Assembly (NCBI GenBank): GCA_030390025.1
Contig: CM059432.1
Location: 102,674,001 to 102,738,000 of the forward strand
Reading direction: 5' to 3'
Source of the DNA: Squalus acanthias
Lineage: Eukaryota
DNA: 64,000 nucleotides
Positions within the stretch are counted from its first letter, which is position 1. Every line of letters begins with the position of its first letter. Both the position numbers and the translations under genes were made by a program. The notes under the pieces were generated by a model. It saw nothing but the letters and a program-made list of their open reading frames with translations, ran no database searches and had not been told where the DNA came from. Positions 37,247 to 50,878 of this stretch are shown piece after piece.

Positions 37247-37264
37247 GTCCTGCCACGGTTGCCA
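37247..37264 (-). other. Primer binding site, tRNA-Arg(TCG)-like (second copy 45003-45020)
   Basis: TGGCAACCGTGGCAGGAC lies 4 nt after the LTR end. It differs at two positions from TGGCGACCGCGGCAGGAC, the complement of a vertebrate tRNA-Arg(TCG) 3' end as I recall it. Confidence 0.7.
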
Positions 37265-40200
37265 TTTCTGTAGGGTGTTTTTGCGTGCCCCGTGTTTTTA
37301 TGACTCTCCCTTGAGTAGACCCGTGCATTAAAAACTCCCCGGTTTGGGTTGTTTCCCTTGGACGGCAGGAGCTTTTGCCAATAGTCCCAGCATAGCCCGT
37401 TGATTAGTGGGTAATTCCACAGAGAGAGAGAGACCAAGGCCAAATAGGTCTTCTCCTATGCCCGATGCGCAGTGTCCCCAGCAGGATTACTGATGCCACC
37501 CGGTTGGACTTCCAAATTATACCACGAACCACAAGCCCCACAATCCCCAAGTTTGGACCCAAGGAGTTACAATGGATAGATTATAATTGACTCAGATGAA
37601 ACAAAACGGTTCAGGTTGGTCAAAGATCGATTCCTTTTTATTACACTCACAAAAGGACAATTCCTACTCCTCTTGCTTGTGGCAGAACGAGTAGGTGACC
37701 ATGGACACTAGCTTATAACCTTAGACTAAAATACCCACCCTGTTGGTTACGCCGAACCAACCCCTTCCCAGAATCTAAGCCTAGATAATGGAAAAACCCT
37801 TCTAACTAAACCCCTCTCCCGGTTTGGTCAGAACCCACACTTGGAAGCCTCCTCACACACACACATGTGTTAGCCTGCGTCTTGGACACTTGCAGTTCCT
37901 CAGCAGCCAAACACGCGGGCGGTCCTGGAGATTTCTAGAGGTGTACGCTGGATATAATTACCAGCCCTTGTCATTGATTCACGTGGTCCCGGGTCCATTC
38001 GACTCCAGAGGCAAAACCATGTCTAACAGAGGCATGCGATGAGGCCTAGAGAGTTACGTTCAGGTGGTACGGCGAGGCACTCACTTCGGGCGTTCCTGGA
38101 GAGTTGACAGACGCGTAGTTACGTGGAGAACCCTGTCCCAGATGGTAGAGAAAAGCAAGCCCTGAATCCCCAAAGTTCAGCATATTTATACCCCGTATAA
38201 TACAAAAAACTGGCTGGGTGATTCCTGGTTGCCATGGTCGCAGTGTGAAGGAATAAGCCATATTCAGAAAAATACACCATTCTATGAAGGAATTCTGGCC
38301 TTTGTAACATGACAAACTGGGCTTGAAAATCTAAAAACCTAACAATGGAGAAGCTGTAAACAGCATACAGGCTATTGAGATACGATAAGTTGTTGACACT
38401 GAATCAATAACCTTATTGAAACAGGAGGTTGGAGGTTCCTGATAGTCTGAAGCATTGGAAAGAACACAATGGTATACCTGGTTAAGGTGTCTTAAATTAC
38501 ACTTTGGAAAGAAACACAGACAATTAAGAAACATATGCCTTCATAAAAATGACATCAAATGAAACACAGGAGACATGATTCTGTGTTGCAACCAGCTGAG
38601 GTAACTACAAAGACAATGGTGCACCCGGTTGAGGTGTTTTAATATACACGTCGTAAAAAGACACAAACAGAAGACCTTGGTAAGAATGACATCAAATAGA
38701 TGCATCTGCTGTCACACCGTTTTTATGATAAGCTCCGAACATCTAAAGGTAGAGACATAATTCTTAATGCTACCAGCTGAACTGACTGTAAGAATAGCAG
38801 GGGTCAGCAGAAAAATGCTTACATCAGCAGAAAACTTCAAAGGAAATACCACTGAAAAAAGATATAAATATTGAACTTTCAAATGGGATGATAGATTCAC
38901 TGTAAAGGGGCAAAGCGATTCTCAGCTTCAGAGGCAAGCTCTGTAAGTCTACAACTCTTTGGGCTGGATTTTGATTCAGGGGCGGGCTAGGGTCCTGTTA
39001 TCCGCATTTTGTGTTAGCCACCCGAATCTAAATCGATGTGGGAGATTGATGCGATTTTAACATAATTGGCCAATTGAGTTCCAACGTGTGGGAACCCATG
39101 GCCAGTGAGTTTTTCCAGTCTGAAAGTCGCTTCCGATGATGTCATCATTGCTGCAGCATTTAAGGTCTGCAACAAGCCTTGCCTCCTCTGCAGACTGCCA
39201 AGCTTCTGCCTTTGCATATTAGAGGCACCTGCAGGAAGAATGGCCAGCCAGAGACCTAGGTCTGCACCTCGATTTGATGACGTCATCCTGCAAGCTTTAA
39301 TTGAGGGAGCCAGAGTTAATAAGCAAGTTCTCTCCCTTCTTCAGGGAGGAAGAAGCCTTTCCATCAAACCAAGGCTGTGTGGATCCAGGTGGCAGAGGAG
39401 GTCAACTCGTTGTCCATAACCCGCAGAACCTGGCTTCAGTGCAGGAAGAGGTTTCATGACCTGCTGCGCACTGGAAAAGTGAGTATGAATTTTCCCATCA
39501 CCCTCATTCTGATCCCCATTGCCTCTCCTCACCAGCACTCAGCTTTGACAACCTCTTCCTCCACATCCCACTTGACACTGACATCCCTTCCCTGCACCCT
39601 TACCCATTCCCTCTCTCTGTATGGTCACATTCACCTAACTATTTGACTATGCAGCCCTCACACTCCCTATCGCTGTGATGCTATGGAAACAACTTACAAC
39701 ACACAGGGAGGGCCCATGGTCTTGCCACCTCACTCCGAATTTGTCTCCTTCTAACCATCAATGATATAGATTCTCTACACTCACTCCTTCATTCTCACTC
39801 AAACTCCACTTGTCTCCCTCATTGCAGGAAAAGAGAGCTCACAATAAGAGGGAAAGAGTGAGGACAGGAGGAGGGCCACCCTCAGTAGCCCAGCTCACCA
39901 CCTGGGAGGAGGCGGTCCTGGAGATCATGGGAGTGGAGGAGGATGCGCAAGTGGGGGACGGACAGACGGGTGCATCAGAGCAAGCTGGTGACAGAATAGT
40001 TTATCATCTCTCTCATTGACATTGCATGAGTCATTGATAATGATTCTGATGCTCCAGCAGACTGACTTATGATCATCTGCAATATGCAATGTGCATGTAA
40101 CCTTGGACTTACATCTCTGACTCTTTCCTTTACTCCCGCCCAGGACCATCGTGAGCAGCCGTCCCCACCATCCAGGAGGAAGAGCATGAGCCTCACCACT

Positions 40201-40512
40201 CCTCAGAGGAAGCTGCAACCTCTGAGGGTGCCGCGTCAGCAGAATTCAGCGCACCCAGCACCAGCGCAGACACTCACACCTCGGAGGGAACATCGCGAGA
40301 TAGAGTAGTGTTGTCACCTGGTGTATCACAGCTCACAAGTGAGCATCAGCAGATAGTGGAGACAGGGACAGCAGTGGAGAGTCCTAGTCGGAGGGCGCAG
40401 GACTCTCCTAGCTCGGCTCAGCTGCATGTCGACCCTCTGCCTCTGGGTCCATCCATAAGGTCAGCAGTGCTGGAACTCCAGGAACAGATGCAGGAGTCTC
40501 TGGCAGGTTTTG

Positions 40513-43500
40513 TCCCTGAGTAACTTCAGCTGCTCGCTCAGCAGTGGCCCGTGCTCCTCCTTATCACTAAAGAGGAGAATGTCGCCCACATACTGAACAA
40601 TCTGCTGGGGCTGGCTAAAATTCTTCAGAGCATTAGCCATGCTCTGATGGAAGATGGAGGGGCTGTTATGAAACCCCTGGGGAAGACACGTCCAAGTATA
40701 CTGTTGGCCCTTAAATGTAAAGGCGAACTTATACTGGTCTTCCCGTCGAAGGGGAATCAACCAGAACCCATTTGAAATATCCAGCACCGAGAACGTGGTC
40801 GCGGTGGCTGGAATATTTTCAATTAGGTCCGCTACAGCCGCGACTGTGGGCGCGCAGGCTGGGATATTATTGTTGAGGACCCGATAGTCCACCGTGGCTC
40901 TCCATGACCCATCAGGTTTCTTGACCAGCCAAAGGGGAGAGTTCACATGGGTGGCAATCGGCCTCAACACACGCTGCTTTACCAGGGAACCCAGTGCCGT
41001 CTCCAAGTCTGCCTCCGCTTCCCTGGGAAAACTATACTGTTTTTGGGGCCTAGACATGGGATCCCCATCTACTCTAACCTCTACCCCAGTCACCCGTCCG
41101 CAGTCGTGCTTGTGGGTGGCGAAAGCATCTAAATTGCTCCGCACCTCTGCCTGGTACTGGAGCGGGGTGTTACTTACCAAAACCTCTAGGTCTTAACTAC
41201 CCCAGGGCTTCATGCTGCAGATGCTCCCTCGTCCCCACTTGTCTCTGGGTATTACCACTACCTCATCCACCTTATCGGAACCCACTGCTCCCCACAAGCA
41301 ATGGTTCCTAAAATCTACAATGATTTTGTGAGCCAACATGAAGTCGGACCCAAGGACTCCCCACCCGGGCTGATCCCATTTCATGAGAACGCACTCCCAT
41401 TTAGTGGTGAGGGAACCTAGCTTAATGGTAAGGGGAGTGGACCTTGCTCCCGCCTGCTCATCCCCGGTGAACCCCATCAAACTGAAGGGGACTTTACTGG
41501 ACCAGGGTGAATTGGCCGGGTCCTTGGAATGGATCGCCGTGCTCGAGGCTCCGGTGTCCACCAGGTACTTCTCCGTGACCGTTTCCACCCCCATCCGCAC
41601 ACAGGGCCTGCCCCACTCATCGTAGATGAGCAGGCACAGGTACTCAGGCTGAGCGTGCTCTAGTCAGGGTGACGGGGGACCCACTGGAGCGCTCGGTATG
41701 ACCTCGCTGACTGCAACATCAAGTCTACCGGTGCCCTTGCCCATCACCGTACGGAGGGCAGCCACTAGGACCTCATATCCTGACTGCTGGCTGGTGTCCC
41801 TCGTGTCGGTGTTTGGGGACTTCTTCCGGGGAGGCCCTCCTCGGCCGGGTACCCCTTTCTGGGTTGGACACTCCCACCTCCAATGCCCCATCTGTCCACA
41901 CTGAAAACAAGCTTTTGACCCACTAGTGTGGGGCCCTTCCTGACGCCATTCCTTCCTTTCCCCCTTACCGGCCTTCATCTCACTGACCCTGCCCCGTTGC
42001 ATTGCCTCCTCCCCACCCAGGGACTTGAAAGCCATGGTGAGCTTTCTAAGCACCCCGGCCTCGGTGTTAGCGAGGTCCTCGGCATTGAACCAGGCGTCGG
42101 CCTTGTCTCGAATACCTGGGAGGCTTTTCGCAACCAGGGTCCTTAACTAGTAATTACGGACCTCCCCTAGCAGTTGCGCTCGGTCCGGTTTGCCCACCAT
42201 GGCCTTAGCGTAGACGGGCCAGAGCCTGTCGGCAAACGCAATCAGCGCTTCTCTGGGCATCTGCAGCGTATTCTCAACTAGGGAAAATGGACTTCCCTGT
42301 GTATGGCCCATGGCTCATAGGATTTCCTCCTTGAGCCCCACTAAAGTGCCTCATCCCGACTTAAAGGCTTTGGTATAGTGTCCCTTCTAGGGAGAATAAA
42401 AGTAACTTATGCGTTTCTGCATCGTTACACTCGTTTAAGCCCCCTATCTGTTCTACCTTAGCAAAATGGACTGCGGGGTCCCCTTTGATGCTAAGTTTTG
42501 TCAGCCCTGTAAAATTTCGCAATTATCGCGATTCAAAATAACACAAGAGAAGCAGATTCGTTTGATCAGTTTTATGAAACGAAATGCTGTCCTGATAATA
42601 AAGGACACAGAAGCCTGTAAGATGGCCGCCGCGCATCGTGGCAGAAGCTTCCAGAATTACAGTGGGCAGACAAGATGGCGTCGAATAAACATTTAATGTA
42701 AGATTGGATCATACTCGGTAAACATTGATAAAGACAGGATGCAACCTGTTTGCATTTGGAACAATAGCAAAGATATAAGTGCTGGAATCATTTTCCATGC
42801 ACAAGTAAGGACCATTGTACTGGGCGATCGAAGGCCCATCCAGACACATCAATACACAAATACCCCCCCGGCTCTACAATGAGAGAGACATTGACAGGTG
42901 ATTAAGCAAGTATTCGGGGGCCCCCAAAACCAGTCAGGGAGACGATTCATACACATCCTGGCTGGGTCAACAATGGGGAAAACATTAATGGATAGTTGGC
43001 CAGTTTCAGGTGCTACCAAAACCCGTTAAAGAGAAGAATCGCCCCATGCTGGGAGTTTTGAGCGCCAATATTACACAAAGGACAAACATTAAGATTTGAG
43101 CGGGAGATAAGGGAACACATCACTATAACTATAGTGAACAAATGTCCATCTCCCTCTCTTATTCGCTTGCTGCTTCATGGACTCGCTCGATCGCTGGCTG
43201 AAGCTCTTCCTTCGGGCTGGACTTTGTTGACTCTTGACTTTTAGCCGTACTGGTCGGTTATTCGAATGTTGGGTGGAGCTCAATCGGAACGAGCCGCCCC
43301 GACAAGGGCAAGTAACAGTGTGCACCATCCTGAGTGTCGGTAAACGGTGTCTGGACCCGGAGGCCCGAAGAGACGAGACGAGACGAGAAGAAGAGGAGAA
43401 GAATCCACGTGCCGCCACAGTCAGTAAACCCCGACCGCGCCCGAAAATATAAATAAAGAACTTTTCATTGAAGTCTACCGACAACCGGTGTCGAGCACAG

Positions 43501-44993
43501 GAAGACTCTTCTTTGAATTTTACAAACGTTTCCGAGTTCTGTCGAGTTCTTCATGACAACAGGGAGTCTGGCCTGCTTGTCGCAGCAGCGAAAATAAACA
43601 AGTGGGGTACAGAGACCCTTCCAAACACGTGACAGTCAGGCGCTGCAGCGAAACGAGCCGAGTGCCTCACTTTAAAATTCTCCGAAGTAACACGAGTGGT
43701 GAGCATGTTTCCCGATCCTACAAATCTAGACGTAGTGTAGGCATTGTTAAGGGAGGGTGGTTTTATTAAGGTTAAAGTATAATGTGTTCCCCTTTTTACG
43801 ATGTGCCGTGCGTTCTTCATTTCCATAGACCAAGCTTTATGAATGTATGTATACTTGTACTCTCGTTAATTTGCGCCTATGACATGTAGTTCATGATTTT
43901 GGACGCTATGCAATAAAGATTTCCATTTCGTACTATTCAACCGGGTCTATTTGAGTTTTCTCTGCATTACTGCTCCCTGCACCTAAGTCCAGTGTTAGAA
44001 CCGTAAGGGCGAGTGGGTCGAACCACTCACAGGTGCTTATTGCAAAAAGGCTGGCTGGAGACCAGAGCAAGCAATAGTATTAGGCAACGAAGGCCTAACC
44101 TCGCACCAGCACCGTCTCTGAGAGACACGTTCCAAACCCTTACAGCCCCTCCACCATCATTTGGAGCTGAGGAGTCATGAACGGGACCACGTAGTCATTT
44201 TGGAGCAGGCCCTCATCACCGTTGGGTGCCGGCGGACCATACCTCTGCTGCCGCAATGGACACATGGGTCCCGGTTGCTCCCTGCCCACTGGTGGAGCTA
44301 CTTCCTCCTGTACTGCTACCGGCACTTCTGCTGGGGGCCTATCCTCTTCCCAGTCTAACTGGGATCCACCTGGCGCCATTAAACACACCATGCCTCTAGC
44401 CCCAGCCAAAGCCCTTTGTAGCTTCCTGATCTTTTCCTCGCACTGATCGTGACTACAATCCTCAAACCCCTACTTCTTGCTACCCTGTAGGCGGTTTTGA
44501 TATCATTATACTGGCTCTCTAGCCCTTCAGCTTTCGCTGCTAAATGGCAGTTTTCCTCCCGGAGAATTTGTTCATTGTGCTTGGCCTCTGTTACTTGGCA
44601 CTGTAGATACTCCCCAGCCATCCGGGAAGATACTTCTACAGCCCTCCTTTCCTACTTTTCTAGAGCTAATTCCCCCACCAACTGCCGACCCACTATACCC
44701 CGTGCGTCTGATTCCCTTTCAGACTCCTCCAGCTGCCCCTGAAGCCTGTTTACCTGCTTCCTTAACAGCTGAATCTGTTTTTGCAAGCATATGAGCCAAA
44801 TTGCCTTTTCTTTGGACTTCTTATGCTCCTTTCCCCCTGTCCACTCAGCTGCCCTATCCTGAGGACTGTCTGAGTGTAACATGTCCAGCACCCACTGCTG
44901 GGACATGTTAATTTTGGTGAACACATAGGACGCGATCCTATCTTCCAAACCTGACCGAACCGTTTCAACCTTAGAGTCATTTGGACTACCCAT
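40513..44993 (-). pseudogene. Duplicated gag-pro-RT (5' part) of the LTR element
   Basis: Translations are identical to those of 32757-37237. Confidence 0.9.
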
Positions 44994-45999
44994 GCCATCA
45001 AGGTCCTGCCACGGTTGCCATTTCTGTAGGGTGTTTTTGCGTGCCCCGTGTTTTTATGACTCTCCCTTGAGTAGACCCGTGCATTAAAAACTCCCCGGTT
45101 TGGGTTGTTTCCCTTGGACGGCAGGAGCTTTTGCCAATAGTCCCAGCATAGCCCGTTGATTAGTGGGTAATTCCACAGAGAGAGAGAGACCAAGGCCAAA
45201 TAGGTCTTCTCCTATGCCCGATGCGCAGTGTCCCCAGCAGGATTACTGATGCCACCCGGTTGGACTTCCAAATTATACCACGAACCACAAGCCCCACAAT
45301 CCCCAAGTTTGGACCCAAGGAGTTACAATGGATAGATTATAATTGACTCAGATGAAACAAAACGGTTCAGGTTGGTCAAAGATCGATTCCTTTTTATTAC
45401 ACTCACAAAAGGACAATTCCTACTCCTCTTGCTTGTGGCAGAACGAGTAGGTGACCATGGACACTAGCTTATAACCTTAGACTAAAATACCCACCCTGTT
45501 GGTTACGCCGAACCAACCCCTTCCCAGAATCTAAGCCTAGATAATGGAAAAACCCTTCTAACTAAACCCCTCTCCCGGTTTGGTCAGAACCCACACTTGG
45601 AAGCCTCCTCACACACACACATGTGTTAGCCTGCGTCTTGGACACTTGCAGTTCCTCAGCAGCCAAACACGCGGGCGGTCCTGGAGATTTCTAGAGGTGT
45701 ACGCTGGATATAATTACCAGCCCTTGTCATTGATTCACGTGGTCCCGGGTCCATTCGACTCCAGAGGCAAAACCATGTCTAACAGAGGCATGCGATGAGG
45801 CCTAGAGAGTTACGTTCAGGTGGTACGGCGAGGCACTCACTTCGGGCGTTCCTGGAGAGTTGACAGACGCGTAGTTACGTGGAGAACCCTGTCCCAGATG
45901 CTAGAGAAAAGCAAGCCCTGAATCCCCAAAGTTCAGCATATTTATACCCCGTATAATACAAAAAACTGGCTGGGTGATTCCTGGTTGCCATGGTCGCAG

Positions 46000-48900
46000 T
46001 GTGAAGGAATAAGCCATATTCAGAAAAATACACCATTCTATGAAGGAATTCTGGCCTTTGTAACATGACAAACTGGGCTTGAAAATCTAAAAACCTAACA
46101 ATGGAGAAGCTGTAAACAGCATACAGGCTATTGAGATACGATAAGTTGTTGACACTGAATCAATAACCTTATTGAAACAGGAGGTTGGAGGTTCCTGATA
46201 GTCTGAAGCATTGGAAAGAACACAATGGTATACCTGGTTAAGGTGTCTTAAATTACACTTTGGAAAGAAACACAGACAATTAAGAAACATATGCCTTCAT
46301 AAAAATGACATCAAATGAAACACAGGAGACATGATTCTGTGTTGCAACCAGCTGAGGTAACTACAAAGACAATGGTGCACCCGGTTGAGGTGTTTTAATA
46401 TACACGTCGTAAAAAGACACAAACAGAAGACCTTGGTAAGAATGACATCAAATAGATGCATCTGCTGTCACACCGTTTTTATGATAAGCTCCGAACATCT
46501 AAAGGTAGAGACATAATTCTTAATGCTACCAGCTGAACTGACTGTAAGAATAGCAGGGGTCAGCAGAAAAATGCTTACATCAGCAGAAAACTTCAAAGGA
46601 AATACCACTGAAAAAAGATATAAATATTGAACTTTCAAATGGGATGATAGATTCACTGTAAAGGGGCAAAGCGATTCTCAGCTTCAGAGGCAAGCTCTGT
46701 AAGTCTACAACTCTTTGGGCTGGATTTTGATTCAGGGGCGGGCTAGGGTCCTGTTATCCGCATTTTGTGTTAGCCACCCGAATCTAAATCGATGTGGGAG
46801 ATTGATGCGATTTTAACATAATTGGCCAATTGAGTTCCAACGTGTGGGAACCCATGGCCAGTGAGTTTTTCCAGTCTGAAAGTCGCTTCCGATGATGTCA
46901 TCATTGCTGCAGCATTTAAGGTCTGCAACAAGCCTTGCCTCCTCTGCAGACTGCCAAGCTTCTGCCTTTGCATATTAGAGGCACCTGCAGGAAGAATGGC
47001 CAGCCAGAGACCTAGGTCTGCACCTCGATTTGATGACGTCATCCTGCAAGCTTTAATTGAGGGAGCCAGAGTTAATAAGCAAGTTCTCTCCCTTCTTCAG
47101 GGAGGAAGAAGCCTTTCCATCAAACCAAGGCTGTGTGGATCCAGGTGGCAGAGGAGGTCAACTCGTTGTCCATAACCCGCAGAACCTGGCTTCAGTGCAG
47201 GAAGAGGTTTCATGACCTGCTGCGCACTGGAAAAATGAGTATGAATTTCCCATCACCCTCATTCTGATCCCCATTGCCTCTCCTCACCAGCACTCAGCTT
47301 TGACAACCTCTTCCTCCACATCCCACTTGACACTGACATCCCTGCACCCTTACCCATTCCCTCTCTCTGTATGGTCACATTCACCTAACTATTCGACTAT
47401 GCAGCCCTCACACTCCCTATCGCTGTGATGCTATGGAAACAACTTACAACACACAGGGAGGGCCCATGGTCTTGCCACCTCACTCCGAATTTGTCTCCTT
47501 CTAACCATCAATGATATAGATTCTCTACACTCACTCCTTCATTCTCACTCAAACTCCACTTGTCTCCCTCATTGCAGGAAAAGAGAGCTCACAATAAGAG
47601 GGAAAGAGTGAGGACAGGAGAAGGGCCACCCTCAGTAGCCCAGCTCACCACCTGGGAGGAGGCGGTCCTGGAGATCATGGGAGTGGAGGAGGATGCGCAA
47701 GTGGGGGACGGACAGACGGGTGCATCAGAGCAAGCTGGTGACAGAATAGTTTATCATCTCTCTCATTGACATTGCATGAGTCATTGATAATGATTCTGAT
47801 GCTCCAGCAGACTGACTTATGATCATCTGCAATATGCAATGTGCATGTAACCTTGGACTTACATCTCTGACTCTTTCCTTTACTCCCGCCCAGGACCATC
47901 GCGAGCAGCCGTCCCCACCATCCAGGAGGAAGAGCATGAGCCTCACCACTCCTCAGAGGAAGCTGCAACCTCTGAGGGTGCCGCGTCAGCAGAATTCAGC
48001 GCACCCAGCACCAGCGCAGACACTCACACCTCGGAGGGAACATCGCGAGATAGAGTAGTGTTGTCACCTGGTGTATCACAGCTCACAAGTGAGCATCAGC
48101 AGATAGTGGAGACAGGGACAGCAGTGGAGAGTCCTAGTCGGAGGGCGCAGGACTCTCCTAGCTCGGCTCAGCTGCATGTCGACCCTCTGCCTCTGGGTCC
48201 ATCCATAAGGTCAGCAGTGCTGGAACTCCAGGAACAGATGCAGGAGTCTCTGGCAGGTTTTGTCTCCAGGGTCACTGCGAGTGTGGAGTGAATGGAGGAG
48301 TCCATAGCGAACATGAGCAGAGCCTTTGTAGAGTCATTGGCGCATGAATGCATCACCATGGAAAGGATGACAACCTCCGTGGAAAGGATGGCTACAGTAG
48401 AGGAGAGGATGGCTACAGCTATGGAGGAGATAAGTCACCAGAGTGTAGAAAACAAGGTCATTGTTCAGAATAGACTGGCATCTCTTGAGGAGCGATGGTC
48501 CTCTATGGAACACAGAAACCAGACCTTCATGGAAGTCCTTCTGAGTAGGACTTCCAGTGCAGATACGGGTCCCCATGGCCCCCCTGATGTGCAGCAAGGT
48601 GCTCTCAATCCACTTGCAAGCGCTGAAGTGGAGCTGACCCATGAGAGAGATGTTGGTGGCAGAGAACAAGGAAGTGGGGGCTCCTCTCCAAGCGCTCACA
48701 CGACCAAGCCACTGCAAAGCCCTCGGTCAGAGCCCTACCAGAGTCCTCACCCAACTGAGATGGGCGTCTCAACCCCTGCACAGCCGCAGGAGCAGCAGAC
48801 TGTTGCCGAGCCCTCACAGGCTCGCAACCCCAGAGGACGCCCGCCAAAGGTGTCGAGGCAGGAGCAGCAAGAAAGTGAGCAAGGGGGCTTCACATCTGCT

Positions 48901-50510
48901 GAAGCCACAGGGGAAGCACCACGTAGGAGCACGCGTAAAAGAAAAATAATGCACAAGTAGTCACAAGGGTAGTCACTTGGGTGTAATGTTGTATTTAATC
49001 TTGAAATGCCAGCACTTGCTTGGTGTGATTAAAAATTCTGCTGGCAAACTGCTGAAGTTGTGGCGTCTGTCATTTCGCAAATGGGACTTCCACATTGAGG
49101 GCTTAGGATGACTTGCAATTGTCAGAATGGTGGTCAGAGTGATAGGAATCCACAGGTTCCTGGCCATTGTCGATGGTCTGATAAGAAGGTGCGAGGCAAA
49201 AGTGTTTGATTGTGCAGGCTAAGCAAATCTGGTCAAGTGCGTCCCTTGCATCTCGGGCAGCAATGTTGTCGCGCGCTGGCGCCTTCTGGCCTGTGCAGCT
49301 TCAGGTGGGTGAGGAGCAGCTTGGCACTCCTGTTGATGCTGCTGCTGCTGGTGGTGGTGTTGTTCATGGTTCTGCTGCTGCCACGGCTGGTCCTTGTCCG
49401 AATCTGATGTCCAGGAGGAAAGGAAATAAATGGTTCCCATGCTTCTGGTATATGCCTCAGTTGAGGAAGCGCTCAGTCAAGGTGGCGAGAGGCGTTTCCC
49501 AGGAGGTCACACTGGAGATGGGTGTCAGGCTCCAAACTTCCACAGCTGTGGTTATGCCATATAAAAGTTCCCCCAGACCTCAGACAACAAAGTCCTGCCA
49601 ACTGCAAATGATGGCTGATCACATCTTCTATTTCATGGTTGAGCTGCAGCTGATAGTCAGCAATCCAAATGTGCTACCGCCAGGTTTCACATTCGTGGTT
49701 CAGAACAGGCGTGCTTCACGTGGAAAAAGGGTTAAAATCACAAAGGCCTTTCAAAATGGCATTATAGAGGCAAATAAGTGCTTGTTAAGGGCCTTAACGG
49801 CCTATCCCGCCTCTTGGAGGCGGGACGGAGTCGGGACCAGCAGACACGATTTAATGAAAATTGCGTGGAGGCGGGATGGAGGTGGGCTCGTGCCCGCCCA
49901 CCAGTTTTCGCAATTTTAACCCCCCACACGCCTCCAAACCCGCCTCCACGGGTCAATGAAAATTCTGACCTTTGTATCTCGGGGATCAAGGTATTGTACT
50001 GTATTTCATTTTGGTGGATATCCTGGAATAAACTAAGAGCTGTAAAACTGTAATGAAGTTAAGATTTGAGAAAAAGGATCTCTGATAATAGAATTGTAAG
50101 ATTTCTGTTTTTGGAACTGGTAATGTTGCAATTGAATCACCAACTGTAAATTACATGTTGGTTCTTTAATAAATCTATATATTTTTAGAATTATCTCACA
50201 TCATACTTCTGTATCAAACTCGCGAACTCAATCTCTGTACGCTCTTTGGTGAGGAGTTGCAGAATTCTGGGGGAGTTTTCCGGACCCTCATAATATCCGG
50301 AACGTTACATTCTAGCTAAACTTATTAAAAGTGCTATCTGGAGGATGGTAACATCTTCAGGTTGTTCCTTTCCTTTAGGGAGAGATAGTCTGGACCTTTG
50401 GACCCAATTAAGTGTCTTTAGGATTCGGCTACCTCAAACTTTAGTTGAAAGTGAACATCTGGGGAATACGCTTGACCCTAAAGGGGCTAGGACTAGTAAT
50501 TATCCCTTCA
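46000..50510 (+). mobile_element. Solo LTR (about 1.26 kb net: 46000-46716 and 49974-50510) inserted in the 5' LTR; partial duplicate at 38244-38960
   Basis: TG(TGAAGG)...CCCTTCA ends with a 4-bp TSD GCAG. The empty site GGTC-GCAG-AGATGC is seen in the 3' LTR at about 24698-24711. Confidence 0.8.
46717..49970 (+). mobile_element. Harbinger element J with a Myb/SANT pseudogene (46996-48960) and a largely deleted transposase; partial duplicate at 38961-40514
   Basis: TIRs GGGCTGGATTTT / AAAATTCTGACC, TSD TTT. Peptides MASQRPRSAPRFDD, RRTWLQCRKRFHDL and EKRAHNKRERVRTGGGPP. Confidence 0.85.
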
Positions 50511-50878
50511 GCAGAGATGCTAGTTGGTCTTCCTGGTAACGCCTCTGTCCTGGATTGGTCATCTTGATGAAAACAATGGTAGGCCATTACTGTAGATGAG
50601 CAGTTCTCGAAGTGCTAGCTGTTTGTTAAGTTCTTGACTGCTTCTTCATTCAAAGAGTCCAGAGGTGTTACTTTTGGCCTGCAAACCTCATTGTCCATAC
50701 AGACATCCAGGCTCCATGGACAAAAGGTGTTTTTCCACAAATCACACAAGTTCGAATATGAAAAGGCCCCTGCCTTTCATGACGTCAGCGTTGAGACTGG
50801 TCCCATGGCAACCCAAAAGACAGACAGTTCCTGCTATCTTCACAGAAACTAACAATCAGTCCGTTTTTTAAAGTCCAA

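Larger units (their letters stand above)
32757..48262 (+). repeat. Direct tandem duplication: 32757-40512 and 40513-48262 (about 7.75 kb, near identical)
   Basis: The ORF tracks repeat at offset 7756. The junction TTTG-TC-CCTGAG fuses Harbinger Myb sequence to pol via a TC microhomology. Only scattered SNPs and two small indels differ. Confidence 0.97.

Noticed and set aside
40461..41180. 239-aa RT ORF with a novel C-terminus
   Set aside because: It is a by-product of the duplication junction: truncated RT with a decayed YVGD motif running into antisense Myb sequence.
49206..49919. 237-aa ORF
   Set aside because: It has a non-ATG start, runs antisense across the end of Harbinger J and shows no domain features.
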